Of a stretch of 64,000 nucleotides of DNA, positions 51,122 to 63,749 are shown piece after piece; positions within the stretch are counted from its first letter, which is position 1; each line of letters starts with the position of its first letter. The notes under the pieces were generated by a model. The model was not told the DNA's origin. It searched no databases and saw only the letters and a list, made by a program, of their open reading frames with translations. The translations under genes were made by a program, and so were the position numbers. Source of the DNA: Isosphaeraceae bacterium (GTDB lineage: Bacteria; Planctomycetota; Planctomycetia; Isosphaerales; Isosphaeraceae); the NCBI GenBank assembly GCA_965201075.1, contig CBDAVP010000014.1, forward strand, positions 248,001 through 312,000. The letters run 5' to 3'.

Positions 51122-52246
51122 ATGATCGCCTCCGTCCTCGCCTTCGCGATGATGGCCTCGTTCGCGGCCGGACGACCGATCCCCCCGGAGGCGGCCGAGG
51201 CCCTTCGCACCGCGTCCGAGGCGGCCGGTGGTCTCGAATCGAGTGCCACTCATGGCAGCTTGGATGTCCGGTCGGCGGTCCTGATCCGTGTCCATCGGTT
51301 GCAGGAGGAGGCCGGGCTGTGGGCCGACGCCGCGGCGACGGCCGAGCGGATGGCGACGGGAAGTCACGGCCGAGAGACCCTGGCCAAGTCCCTGGCGCGG
51401 GCCGGCGCAATCGACAAGGCCGCCACGATCGCCGATACGCTCAAGGGCGAGGCCCGCGACCAGGTCCTGGTCGTCCTCGCCGCGGTGTGGGCCAAGACGG
51501 ACCCGGGTGCCGCCCGCGCGATGGCCGCCGAGTTGGGGACGCGGGCCGCCGCGCTGGCGGACGCCGGTCGTCCCGGGCTGGCGTTGGAGGTGATGGAGGC
51601 GGTGAGGGAGACCTCCGTGGGCGAATGGGCCCTGATCCGCGTCGCCAAGGCCCAGTCCCTGACCGGCGACCTCGCCGGGGCCCGCGCCACGACCGATGGC
51701 CGGCTCAAGACCCGAGGCGGCCGCGTCCCGACCCTGTGCGCCGTCGCCCGCGCCCTCAAGGACGCCGGACGCCGCGACGAGGCCGTCGCCGCCCTCCGCG
51801 AGGCCGAGGCGACCGCCGGCGGGATTGAGCCCGATCTCGCCGCCATCGGCACCCTGGCGACCGCCCTCCACAAGGCTGGTCGCCGCGACGAGGCCCGCCG
51901 CTGGGCCGACCGCGCTTCGGACGCGGTGGATTCGACCGTCTATGCCTACGTCTCCGGAAGCGACCTGGGCACGGTGATGCACGGCCGCGAGCGTCGGCTC
52001 GAGCAAGTGGGGACGATCTACGCCGACCTCGGCCTTCCGGCGATGATCTGGCCGCTGGTGGCCCGCTGCGACCCGCAAGACGATGGCGTCGAGGCCTGTT
52101 TACGCCTCGCCGCCCGCGTCGCGGCCGCGTCCGATCCCGCGTCGGTCGCCGCGCGGCGGGACGACCCGGCTCTCTCGGCGACGGGCCGCGCGGCGATCCG
52201 GCTCGGGTTCGCCGAGGGCCTGATCGCCAACGGCCGCCGGGATTGA
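51122..52246 (+). CDS. Secreted helical-repeat (TPR-like) hypothetical protein
   Basis: GAGGAG RBS, signal peptide MIASVLAFAMMASFAAG, repeated A..L..AGR.DEA motifs. Confidence 0.7.
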   Translation: MIASVLAFAMMASFAAGRPIPPEAAEALRTASEAAGGLESSATHGSLDVRSAVLIRVHRLQEEAGLWADAAATAERMATGSHGRETLAKSLARAGAIDKAATIADTLKGEARDQVLVVLAAVWAKTDPGAARAMAAELGTRAAALADAGRPGLALEVMEAVRETSVGEWALIRVAKAQSLTGDLAGARATTDGRLKTRGGRVPTLCAVARALKDAGRRDEAVAALREAEATAGGIEPDLAAIGTLATALHKAGRRDEARRWADRASDAVDSTVYAYVSGSDLGTVMHGRERRLEQVGTIYADLGLPAMIWPLVARCDPQDDGVEACLRLAARVAAASDPASVAARRDDPALSATGRAAIRLGFAEGLIANGRRD

Positions 52247-52317
52247 GGGACGACCTGAAAACGGCTGGTTGGCTTGACGCTCACCTCTCCCGCGACGGCG
52301 GGGCCCGCCCCGGGGCC

Positions 52318-53818
52318 TCAACGAGCAGGGGGCGGAGGGGTCGGGACCCGCGCCTCGGGCGTCACCTTCTCCTCCGCCATCGCCTTCATCCGGGCGGCCC
52401 GGTCGACCTCGGTCCCGGCGAGGTTCCGAGTTTCCCCAGGGTCGGCCGCCAGGTCGTAGAGTTGGGCCGCCGGGCCTCCGGCCGTCGGGGTCGCCACGGT
52501 GGGCTCGCTGAACCCTCCGGAGCCGAGCCGGTCGATCCACTTCCAGGGGCCGTCGCGGAGCACGTTCGCCCCGACCGAGGATTGGACCCTCAGAGGGCGA
52601 TCGGTCGGCCGGACCCACTTTCGGCCGGTCAGAGCCGGCGAGAAGTCCACCGAGTCGGCCGGAAACTCGTCCGGCCGACGACCCAGGAGCGGCCGAGACG
52701 GTCGCCGGCAGGTCGGTCAGCGACACCAACGCGTCCGAGACGGCGCCGGCGGGAACTCTCCCGGGCCAACGGGCCAGGAGTGGGACGCGGTGGCCCCCCT
52801 CCCAGGCGTCCCCCTTCATTCCCCGCCAGGGCCCGGCCGCCGTGTGCCCGGTCTGCTGGACGTTGCCTGGGAACCAGAACGGGCCATTGTCGCTGGTCGC
52901 GAGCACCAGGGTCTCGCCCGCCGCGCCCGAGTCGTCAAGGGCCTCCAGGACGCGGCCGACAGTGGCGTCGGTCTGGGACACGTAGTCGCCGTAGGTCCCG
53001 ACCCCCGACCGGCCTCGGGCGTCGGCCGACGGGACCAGCGGCGAATGGGGCGACGGCAGCGCCAGGTACAGGAAGAAGGGCTTCCCCTCGCCGGCCAGGC
53101 GGCGGACCTCCGCCACGGCCTGGCGGGTCAGCTCGGGCAGGACGTCGACGTGCCGGAACCCGGGGGCGGCCAGGTCTTCCCTCCAGAATTCCCCCATCCG
53201 CGGGTCCGGCCAGTCGGCCGACGAGTGGGCGGGCATTGGTTCGGTGGCCTGGGCCACGACCTGGTCGCCTTGGATGAAGAGGTAGGGCCCAACGTCCAGC
53301 GACGAGGGCAGGCCGAAGAATCGGCCGAAGCCGCGGTCGATCGGGCCTCCGCGCAGCCGACGATCCGGGTGGCGGAGCAGGTCGTCGAAGCCGAGGTGCC
53401 ACTTCCCCACCATCGCGGTGGCATACCCGGCCTGGGCCAGGACTCCCGGCAGGGTGGGGGCATCGGTCGGGATCAGCGGGGTGGTTGGCTGGAGCCCGCC
53501 GTACTTGCGCCGGAACTCGGGTTCCGGGTGGGGCGGGTTGACGAGTCGGACGGCGTGGCGGCCGGTCAGCAGCGAGAACCGGGAGGGGACGCACACCCCA
53601 CTACTGGAGTGGGCGTCGGTGAAGCGGGTGCCGTCCCTGGCCAGGCGGTCCAGGTACGGGGTGGGGATTCTCGACCCCGGGTTGTTGCAGCGAAGGTCCC
53701 CCCAACCGAGGTCGTCGGCGAGGATCAGGAGGAGATTCGGGGGCGTCCCGGCCGCTTGCGATTCCGAGGCCAACGCCGAGAGGGCGATCACCCCCGCGAT
53801 CCCAAGGAGCTGGGTCAT
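52318..53818 (-). pseudogene. Arylsulfatase split by a frameshift near 52691 (pseudogene or sequence error)
   Basis: PNLLLILADDLGWGD, CVPSRFSLLTG, GKWHLG and SDNG lie in one frame. LLGRRPDEFPADSVDFSP...WKWI...QLYDLAADPGETRNL continues in another frame. Confidence 0.85.
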
Positions 53819-54122
53819 GACAGGCACTCCCTCCGGTGGTTCGGGCCCGGCCCCCGGGAGGCGGGGGCCCGGTTGGGGTCGGGTCGAGGCGCGGATGACC
53901 GCGAATCTTCCCGAGCCGAGGCGGGGGAGGCAACGGGGCAGGGGTTTCGGGCCCGTCGGCGGAGGCGTCGGCGAATCGGTTCGGTTCGAGGTCGGGTCAG
54001 GCGGGTCCGGCTGGGCTCTGGCGGGCGTGGGGCCCGACCGCTAGACTCGTCGGCGTCGCCGAGCGGCCCGGGGCGGTCGACCCCGGACGACTCGCTGCCC
54101 CCTTCGCCAAGGAGATTGCCCG

Positions 54123-55100
54123 GTGCGCCGCTTCGCCACGTTCGCCCGTTTCGCGCCGCTGACGCTGGCCCTCGCCGCCGTCCCGGCCGCCGCCCAGGAC
54201 GCCCCGAAGGTCGATGCCGCTCCGGCCGCGGCCCCGGCTCCCGCGCCGGCCCCGGCTCCCGCGGCCGCGGCCCCGGCTCCCGCGCCGGCCCCGGCTCCTG
54301 CCCCGGAGGCCAAGCCCAGCGCGGCCGATGCCCCGATCCCCAAGGACGTCCAGGACAAGCTGGACGCGGCCCGCAAGGCGGTCGCCGAGGCGATCGTCGC
54401 CGCCCAGGACGCCGGCCTGGTACAGACGACCATCGACCCGCCCCCGGTGCTGGACATCCTGCTCACCGGCAAGGCCCAGGACGAGACGACCTTGAAGAAC
54501 AAGGAAGGGGCCAGCCCCGAAGTCTTCGGCGCCTGGTTCACCGGCCAGGGAAAGCCCGAGACCAAGCTCGACCCGGCCAAGGACGTGCGCATCACTCAGC
54601 CGGGCAAGGGGTTGCGTAGCCTGTACGACCTCCGCAAGGACATCTTTACCCGAGCCATCGCCGACGCCCGCAAGGCCAAGGACGCCGCCACCGCCGAGGC
54701 CAAGAAGACGGAGGACGCCGCCGCCGCGGCCAAGGCCGAGTCCGACAAGAAGATGGCCGAGGAGAAAGCCAAGGCCGAGGCGGATCAGAAGATGGCCGAG
54801 GAGAAGGCCGCCGCCGAGGCCAAGGCCAAGGCCGACGCTGAAGCCAAGGCCGCCGCCGACAAGAAGATGGCCGAGGAGAAGGCCGCCGCTGACGCCAAGG
54901 CCAAGGCCGACGCCGAGACCGCCGCCAAGGCCGAGGCCATGAAGGCCGAGGAGGCCAAGAAGGCCGCCGACGCCGAGGCCGCCAAGAAGGCCGAAGAAGC
55001 CAAGGCCGCCGCCGACAAGGCCGCCGCCGACAAGGCCGCCGCCGACAAGGCCGCCGCCGACGCCGCGGCCCCTGCTCCCGCCGATGCTCCCAAGCCTTGA
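54123..55100 (+). CDS. Secreted protein with Ala/Pro linker and TolA-like Ala/Lys/Glu repeats
   Basis: AAGGAG RBS with GTG start, signal peptide ending AAA-Q, KKMAEEKAAA and ADKAA repeats. Confidence 0.8.
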   Translation: MRRFATFARFAPLTLALAAVPAAAQDAPKVDAAPAAAPAPAPAPAPAAAAPAPAPAPAPAPEAKPSAADAPIPKDVQDKLDAARKAVAEAIVAAQDAGLVQTTIDPPPVLDILLTGKAQDETTLKNKEGASPEVFGAWFTGQGKPETKLDPAKDVRITQPGKGLRSLYDLRKDIFTRAIADARKAKDAATAEAKKTEDAAAAAKAESDKKMAEEKAKAEADQKMAEEKAAAEAKAKADAEAKAAADKKMAEEKAAADAKAKADAETAAKAEAMKAEEAKKAADAEAAKKAEEAKAAADKAAADKAAADKAAADAAAPAPADAPKP

Positions 55101-55360
55101 ATTTGTTGGGTCGGGGCGCATCCGTCCTCCGCGGATGCGTCTCGGTCGTTGGGTGGGTTGCGGGACCCTGTTGGAATGAGGGGTCGGGCCGCGGATCGGC
55201 TGGGGTGGCGTCTCCCCGAGGGAGTGGGTGACGAGGATTTGGCGAGATCGGCTCGGATTGGCCGCGAGTCCCTGGCGTCCTGGCCTTGGCAGGCGGGTCC
55301 GGGCCTGATACCTTGCCGGGCCCCGCGCCGAGGGCGGGGGCGGAGGGAGGCAGGCCCGCC

Positions 55361-56305
55361 GTGACGCCGATGACCCCGAGTCGGGCCACGCCCAACATCC
55401 TGGCGATGGCCTGCGAGGCCGCTTCGCTGCTGGAGGTTTCCGCCGTCGTCCTGCTGCCCGAAGGGCCGTTGAGCTGGGACGAAGTCGCCGCCACGGCCGC
55501 CGCTCGGCCGATGGCCGTGCTGGTGGCGACCTCCTCGGCCCGCCAGCGAGAGGCCGTCCGCGCCTCGGGCCTGGTGGCGCTGGAGGTCGAGCCGACCGAG
55601 GCCGCCATCACCGAGCGGATCACCCTGGCGTTGATCGAGGCGGTCGCCAACGACCACCTCGCCGCCGGCGCCCGGGTCGTGGTCGTGTACTCGGGGTTCG
55701 AGGCCGAGACGCTCGACTCGGTCAGCATCGTGAGGCTGGGAGAGCACCTGGAACGCTTGACGGCCCGGGACCTGCGGGCCTTGGAGACCTCGGTCCCATT
55801 CGAGACGCTCAAGGCCGTCGTCGACGTGGCGGTGGAGATCGGTCGGGAAGGGCGGGAGGGGAAGCCCGTCGGGTCGTTGATCGTGGTGGGCGACGTGCGC
55901 AACGTCCTGGCAAGGTCGCGGACATTGGGGTTCGACCCGTTCAAGGGCTACCGACGCAAGGAACGGAACCTGCGCGACGGGCGCGTCCGCGAGGCGATCA
56001 AGGAGATCGCCCAGATGGACGGCGGGTTCGTCGTCGCGAGGGACGGCACCGTCGAGGCGGCCTGCCGGATCGTCGACGCTCCGAACGCCGGTCTGACGGT
56101 CCCGAAAGGGTTAGGGACCCGGCATTGGGCCGCGGCGGCGATCACGAATGTCACCAAGGCGTTGGCAGTGGTGGTCAGCCAGTCGACGGGGACGGTCCGG
56201 CTGTTCCAGGGGGGCGAGATCATCCTGAGGATCGCCCCGATGCGGCACGCTCGGGCGATGAAGTGGGTCGAGGACGACACCGAGCCCCCCGACCGCGCGA
56301 ATTGA
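55361..56305 (+). CDS. DacZ-like diadenylate cyclase (DisA_N domain)
   Basis: EIGREGREGKPVG, IKEIAQMDGGFVV, GLGTRHWAAAAIT, VVSQSTGTVRLF. Confidence 0.88.
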   Translation: MTPMTPSRATPNILAMACEAASLLEVSAVVLLPEGPLSWDEVAATAAARPMAVLVATSSARQREAVRASGLVALEVEPTEAAITERITLALIEAVANDHLAAGARVVVVYSGFEAETLDSVSIVRLGEHLERLTARDLRALETSVPFETLKAVVDVAVEIGREGREGKPVGSLIVVGDVRNVLARSRTLGFDPFKGYRRKERNLRDGRVREAIKEIAQMDGGFVVARDGTVEAACRIVDAPNAGLTVPKGLGTRHWAAAAITNVTKALAVVVSQSTGTVRLFQGGEIILRIAPMRHARAMKWVEDDTEPPDRAN

Positions 56306-56566
56306 GGCCGCGGGACGCCTCGATTCGATCCCGGCTCTCCTGTCCAATGCGAACATGACGAGCCGGACGGGCCTTGGCCCCGCCGGATCGGACGTGCCCA
56401 TTGCAGCGGGATGCGGCATCGGGTTTGCCTGTGGAACCGATCCGAACGATCGTATCCTGTCGGACATGGGTGGATACGGCCCGGGGCTGGGAGGCCGATC
56501 GTCGACCACGACCGTCGCGTGAAAAGGGCTCCGCCCGCCCCTCCGCGAAACTTCGAGGATTGGCTT

Positions 56567-57478
56567 GTGTCCGTGAAATTGAAGAAGCTGGCCGACCAGG
56601 TGATGGTGATTACCGGTGCCTCGTCGGGCATTGGGCTGGCCACGGCCGAGTCGGCGGCGAACGCGGGGGCAAAGGTGGTGCTGGCGGCGCGCAGCAAGGC
56701 GGCGCTAGAGCAGATCGCCGCGCGGCTTGAAGCGGCCGGGGGGGAGGCGCTGGCCGTGGCGACCGACGTGGCTGACGAGGCCCAGGTCAAGGCCCTGGCC
56801 GACGCGGCGGTCACGCGGTTCGGGCGGATTGATACCTGGGTCAACAACGCCGGGTTGGGGATGTGGGGGCGGCTGGATCAGACCGAGACGGCCGAGGCCC
56901 GGAAACTCTACGACGTGAACTTCTGGGGAGTGGTTCATGGGTCGATGGCCGCCCTGCCGCACCTGAAGAAGCAGGGCGGGGCGTTGATCAACGTCGGCAG
57001 CGAGGTTTCCGACGACTATCCGCCGATCCAGGGGATGTATGCCTCGACCAAGCATGCGGTGAAGGGATATACCGACGCCTTGCGGGTGGAGATCGAGGGG
57101 CTGGACAAGGCTCCCGTGTCCATCACCCTGATTCAGCCGCAGGCGGTGGACACGCCGTTCCCCCAGCATGCCCGGAACTTCACCGACAAGGAGCCGATGC
57201 TGCCCAAGCCGATGGTCGAGCCCCAGCAGGTGGCCGACGCGATTCTGCACGCGGCGCAGCACCCGATCCGGGCCAAGGCGGTCGGCGGAATGTCGGTCCT
57301 GAACACGACGATGGCCCGGGTCATCCCCGGGCTGGCCGACAAGATGGCCGCCACGCTGGCCGACAAGATGCACTACGACGAGCCGCCGCGCAACCCGTCC
57401 GGCGCGCTCCACCAACCGAGCGAGGCGACGGGGGTTGTTGGCCAGACCCACGGCACGGGTGGCCGCGAGCCGAAGTGA
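56567..57478 (+). CDS. Short-chain dehydrogenase/reductase
   Basis: VITGASSGIG, WVNNAG, NVGS, YASTK. Confidence 0.95.
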   Translation: MSVKLKKLADQVMVITGASSGIGLATAESAANAGAKVVLAARSKAALEQIAARLEAAGGEALAVATDVADEAQVKALADAAVTRFGRIDTWVNNAGLGMWGRLDQTETAEARKLYDVNFWGVVHGSMAALPHLKKQGGALINVGSEVSDDYPPIQGMYASTKHAVKGYTDALRVEIEGLDKAPVSITLIQPQAVDTPFPQHARNFTDKEPMLPKPMVEPQQVADAILHAAQHPIRAKAVGGMSVLNTTMARVIPGLADKMAATLADKMHYDEPPRNPSGALHQPSEATGVVGQTHGTGGREPK

Positions 57479-57567
57479 GTCAGGCTTCGAGACGTTGATG
57501 CGTTCCCCTCCCGGTCGTTGGGGTCGGTGAGGGGTTGGCCTTGGGGAAGGGCACTTGGAGCATTGTC

Positions 57568-59187
57568 ATGAACTTGCTGGGCCGGATCGCGTCGCGAGTG
57601 ACGGGTGGAAAGTCTGAGCCGGCGGGGTCGATCCGGGTGGTCGACCCGAGCCCTCTCAACTGGCTTTGGATCACGTATAACACGGTCGAGGAGCTGGTGA
57701 GGGTCTCGCCGTCGGGCGTGGTCGGGCCGGCGGCGATGAAGTCGTTCCGCTGGAAGGATGATCGCACTTTGGAGGTGGATGTCCGGCCGGGGAATCGGTT
57801 CCGCGACGGCGAGGCGATCACGGCGGGATCAGTGAAGACGGCCTTCGATGAGATGATGCGTTGGGAGGCTCCTCATCCTCCCGGCACGCATTTCAACATC
57901 GATTTGAAGACACGTTGCGAGGTGGCCGGGGAGCATCAGGTGCGGTTCCACCTGCCCGAGGTCGATGGGCTGGCACCGGGCAAGCTGCGGGCGATGCACC
58001 TGATGAGCTCGCCGTTCTGGAAAGAGGTGGGGTTCGGCTACTTGCGGAACCAGACCGGCGAAGGGCGTTGGTGAATCATCGACCGGCCGGGCCCATGGGG
58101 GTCTGGGCCGTTCGCCCTGGTTCAGGGCTATTCGACGCTGGATACCGAACGCGTCGGGGTGGGCACCGACCCGAAGGCGGCCACCTGGTTGTGGGGTCCC
58201 GAGGACCGCACGCCGACCTTGAAGCTGCAGGCCAACCCCCATTACTGGGACGCGGCTCGCGGGCCTCGCTTGCGGGAGGTCGAGTTTCGCAATGACCTGG
58301 AGCCGCACGAGGCTCTGCGGATGGTTTGCGACTCCGAGGGGGAAGTGGACCTGGTGACCGAGGTCGCCCCGGCGGATGCGGCCCGGGTGGAGACCTCGCC
58401 AAATGGCAAACTGGTGAAGCGGGATGCGGTGCGGGCCGTGGTGGGGATCATCGACCGCGAGGCCGAGGGTTTGCCGATGGCGGACCGTCGGGCGAGGTTG
58501 GCACTGAACCTGGCGGTGGATCGGGTGGGGTTGGTGCGAGAGGCATTGCGTGGGCATGGGACGCCGTTGGCGGGATTGTCGCCGCAGTCGTCGGTCCCTC
58601 GGCGGATGAGGCTGTCGCCGCCTGCCCATGACCCCCGAGTGGCCGGTCGTTTGTGGCAAGAGGCCGCCGGGGGCTCGACCCGGCCAATCCGCTTGGCGGC
58701 GCCCGAGAAGTATCGGGAGGCCGCCGGGGCGGTGGCTGTTGGGCTGCGGTCCGCCTTGAACGTGGGGGTCGAGGTGACGATCCTCGGCGGGTTGGAGATG
58801 AGGGAGGCTCGTCGAGGCCTGGCCGAGCGGCGGACGTCTCGCGGCTGGGACGTGCTGGTTTACGAGCAGGCGGCGCAGGCGGTGGACTCGGTGGGCCTGG
58901 AGTTCCATCGGGCGTTCGCGGGGGAGTCGGGCGAGTACCGTGCCGGGCCGGTCGTCCCCGCGTTCGAGGAGATCTACGCTGAATTTGGCCGGTCGCTCGC
59001 CCCGAGTCGACAGGTGAAGCTGACCGGCAAGATGGACCGGCTGGTGAGGGACGAGGCTCTGGTCCTGTCGTTGTTCGCCCCCCGTGTCCTTTACGCGGTG
59101 AATCGGCATGTGTCGTTCACGCCATACCGCACGTCGTTCGAGCTGGCTGAGACCTCGGTGAGCCGGGGGCACTGGTCTCGTCGTTGA
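57568..59187 (+). CDS. Family 5 solute-binding-fold protein with one in-frame TGA (58072-58074)
   Basis: The two ORFs 57535-58074 and 58159-59187 share a frame with only one stop between them. SBP_bac_5 motifs span it: RFRDGEAITA.SV, WGSGPF, ANPHYW, GEVDL, DRRARLALNLAVDR, HDPRVAGRLW. Confidence 0.82.
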
Positions 59188-59316
59188 GTGGGGCGAGTCT
59201 GGAATGGTCCGATGAATTCGGGCATGATGTCGGGCGAAGGGCCGACTCGCCTCCCCTCGGCACTCGGAACCCGGCCATCCTAGAGCACATGGGCTTTCTG
59301 CGAGGGTCCTGCCGAT

Positions 59317-59601
59317 GTGTCAGTTTATCTCTGGGCACGATGCCAAGCCCAAGTTCTTGACCTACTCCAAGATGATTTGAACATTGTCTTGGACAAGTGC
59401 GATGACTACAATCTTGTGCGCGAAAAGCACTTCCAAATCTTTCATTGTTCAATCCAGATCGTTCTGGTCTCAAACACTATCGAGATCCTTAATGTTTCGT
59501 ATGAGTTGGATTGCGTGATTGACTGCGACCTTGAGCGTGCCTCTGTGAGTCGATCTAACATCCTTGAGTTTTCTGGGCGACAGGACTACTCCTCGGCCTA
59601 G
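59317..59601 (+). CDS. Possible small low-GC hypothetical protein
   Basis: 94-aa ORF in an AT-richer intergenic patch, no recognisable motif. Confidence 0.25.
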   Translation: MSVYLWARCQAQVLDLLQDDLNIVLDKCDDYNLVREKHFQIFHCSIQIVLVSNTIEILNVSYELDCVIDCDLERASVSRSNILEFSGRQDYSSA

Positions 59602-59880
59602 TGTTTCAATCGGGCTCGAGGATCAAGGTCAAATCCAAGGACATTGCAATCGAGATTCTTTCGTTTGAAGATACGCTCTCGTCTTGGGAAGGCGATCTCT
59701 GATTTTTTCGGGGCTGGAGGCGATTGGTGTCTCCTCAATGCCCTGTATTTGTGGACGATCTTCGCGGGCTGCCGTTTCCGAAGCCGCAGTCAGGAGCCTC
59801 TTGAGAGGCCGATGCGCCCCGACCCGAGGGGCCTGCCCTGAGCCGGGGATGAGGCCAAGTTTCGATCGATTGATCCAGGT

Positions 59881-60333
59881 TCAGGCGAAGCGGGGCGCGG
59901 GGGGTAGGGTGTGGAAGTCGAGGGGGCGACTGGGTTCTTCGCTTGAGTTCTGTCCGCCGGTCCAGGCGAGGTCGACGGTGGCGATGTAGAGGCGGACGCC
60001 GTTGAGGATGGGGCCGGGCTCGGTTCCGGTGTGGGTGATTCGGAGGTGGCCGGCGGGGAAGCCGGCGAAGGGTTTGGCGTTGTGGCAGCCCTGGAGGCCG
60101 GCTCGGGTGAGGTCGGAGTGGCCGATCTCGATGCGGCGGGTTGTCGGTGTTTTGGGCCGGTTGGCGAAGGCTTCGCGGACGGCCTGCTCGAAGGGGCGGA
60201 AGCGGAGGACCAGGTCGGGGCCGGTTTGCGTCGCGGTCGTGACCGGAGCGGCCGAGGCGGCGGCGGCCAGGCCGGTGGGCAATGCGAAGCCCAGGGCCGA
60301 GAGGATTGAGCGGCGGGTGGGGTGCGTCGTCAT
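59881..60333 (-). CDS. Hypothetical protein with Tat-like signal
   Basis: TRRSILSALGFAL signal and C-rich third codon positions like katE. Confidence 0.65.
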   Translation of the reverse strand: MTTHPTRRSILSALGFALPTGLAAAASAAPVTTATQTGPDLVLRFRPFEQAVREAFANRPKTPTTRRIEIGHSDLTRAGLQGCHNAKPFAGFPAGHLRITHTGTEPGPILNGVRLYIATVDLAWTGGQNSSEEPSRPLDFHTLPPAPRFA

Positions 60334-60395
60334 CGTGGGCGTCCGGGGGATGGGGCCTTGGCGATTGGGCGGCGTCGGTTTGGTTTGGAGGAGGA

Positions 60396-60464
60396 GGTCT
60401 CGAAGATGAGACTTTGGGATTGCCGCCGGGACCGGGGTCTCGAAGACGAGACCCCAGCCACCCG
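60396..60464. repeat. Partial family B palindrome
   Basis: GGTCTCGAAGATGAGAC ... CCGGGGTCTCGAAGACGAGACCCCAGCCACCCG downstream of katE. Confidence 0.8.
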
Positions 60465-60495
60465 GACGTGGCAGCCCTTTCGAGTGGGCGACGGT

Positions 60496-62631
<2,136 letters not shown>

Positions 62632-62781
62632 GTCGGGGTTTCCCTGGTGCGGTCGTCTTGAGTTGGAGAACGTCCGGTTCTGGAGATCTTAGGCAGAGTT
62701 GGTGGGGGTGGCCAGGTGGCAAACCCCGTGCCGGTTTGGGCGTGGGTGGTCGTGGGTGGGGTGGGGCCCTAGAATGGCGTC

Positions 62782-63570
62782 ATGGTGTATTCGGCGTTGA
62801 TGAAGGCCCTGTTTCGGACGGTTTATGGGGAGCCCCCGTTGGAGGCGCCGGCGGGGGCGGGTTTGGTGCTGGTGGCCGATGGGGTGGGGGGGTTAGAGCT
62901 TTGCGGGACGGCGCTTCAGCATGTGGCGGCGGCGGGGGGGCTTCCGCTGGAGGTCCGTCCGTTTGTCTGGGGGCATGGGTTTGGTCGCTGGCACGCCGAC
63001 CTGACCAACGTGGCCAACCATGCCGCCAAGGCCGCGTTATTGGTGGAGCAGGTGCGGGCGTTTCGTCGAGAGCGGCCGGGGGCGCCGGTGTTCCTGGTGG
63101 GGAAGTCGGGGGGGACGGGGTTGGTGGTCCGGGCGTTGGAGGGATTGGAGGCGGGGTCGGTGGAGGCGGCGGTGTTGTTGGCTCCGGCGCTGGCTCCGGG
63201 GTATGACCTTTCGGGGGCGTTGCGGGCGGTCAGGCGGGAGATGGTGGTGTTCTGGTCGCCGCTGGACCTGGTGATCCTGGGGATCGGGACGCGGATTTTT
63301 GGGACGGTGGACCGGGTGAACTCGGTGAGCGCGGGGCTGGTGGGGTTCCGAGAGCCGGCGGGGGCGGATCGAACCGCGTATGAGACGAAGCTGCGGCAGG
63401 TGCGTTGGGGTCCGTCGATGGCCAGGAGCGGGTACTTCGGTGGGCATGTTGGACCGGATGTGCCGGCCTTTTTGCGGACTCACGTGGTGCCGCTTTTGAC
63501 GGGTGTGACGGGCGCCGAAGTTCAAGCGGGGCCGGGGTCAAGCTCGCGCGTTGACGCGCCGATAACGTAA
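62782..63570 (+). CDS. Alpha/beta hydrolase
   Basis: VFLVGKSGG nucleophile elbow, VLLAPAL, SPLD, GGHVG. Confidence 0.85.
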   Translation: MVYSALMKALFRTVYGEPPLEAPAGAGLVLVADGVGGLELCGTALQHVAAAGGLPLEVRPFVWGHGFGRWHADLTNVANHAAKAALLVEQVRAFRRERPGAPVFLVGKSGGTGLVVRALEGLEAGSVEAAVLLAPALAPGYDLSGALRAVRREMVVFWSPLDLVILGIGTRIFGTVDRVNSVSAGLVGFREPAGADRTAYETKLRQVRWGPSMARSGYFGGHVGPDVPAFLRTHVVPLLTGVTGAEVQAGPGSSSRVDAPIT

Positions 63571-63749
63571 GGGCCCGGGGGACAGTTGCCCTGGGAAACG
63601 GCTGGCGAATCGACCCGGATCTTGCCACAATGGCCGGCCGGGTCGGGGACGCCGGGCCGGTGTGGTAGGATCGGTCGGAAGTCCGGGCGTGCCGGGCGGG
63701 GCCCCTCAAACGGATGGGCCCCGCCCCGCACGCCCGAAGCCCACCATGA

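Noticed and set aside
46994..52246. 1750-aa ORF as one protein
   Set aside because: Antisense shadow of the permease and LExRxLL genes, running through the IS66 remnant into the real gene at 51122.
54200..55090. Short DNA tandem repeats in the Ala/Lys-rich gene
   Set aside because: Explained by low-complexity protein repeats (APAP, KKMAEEKA, ADKAA).
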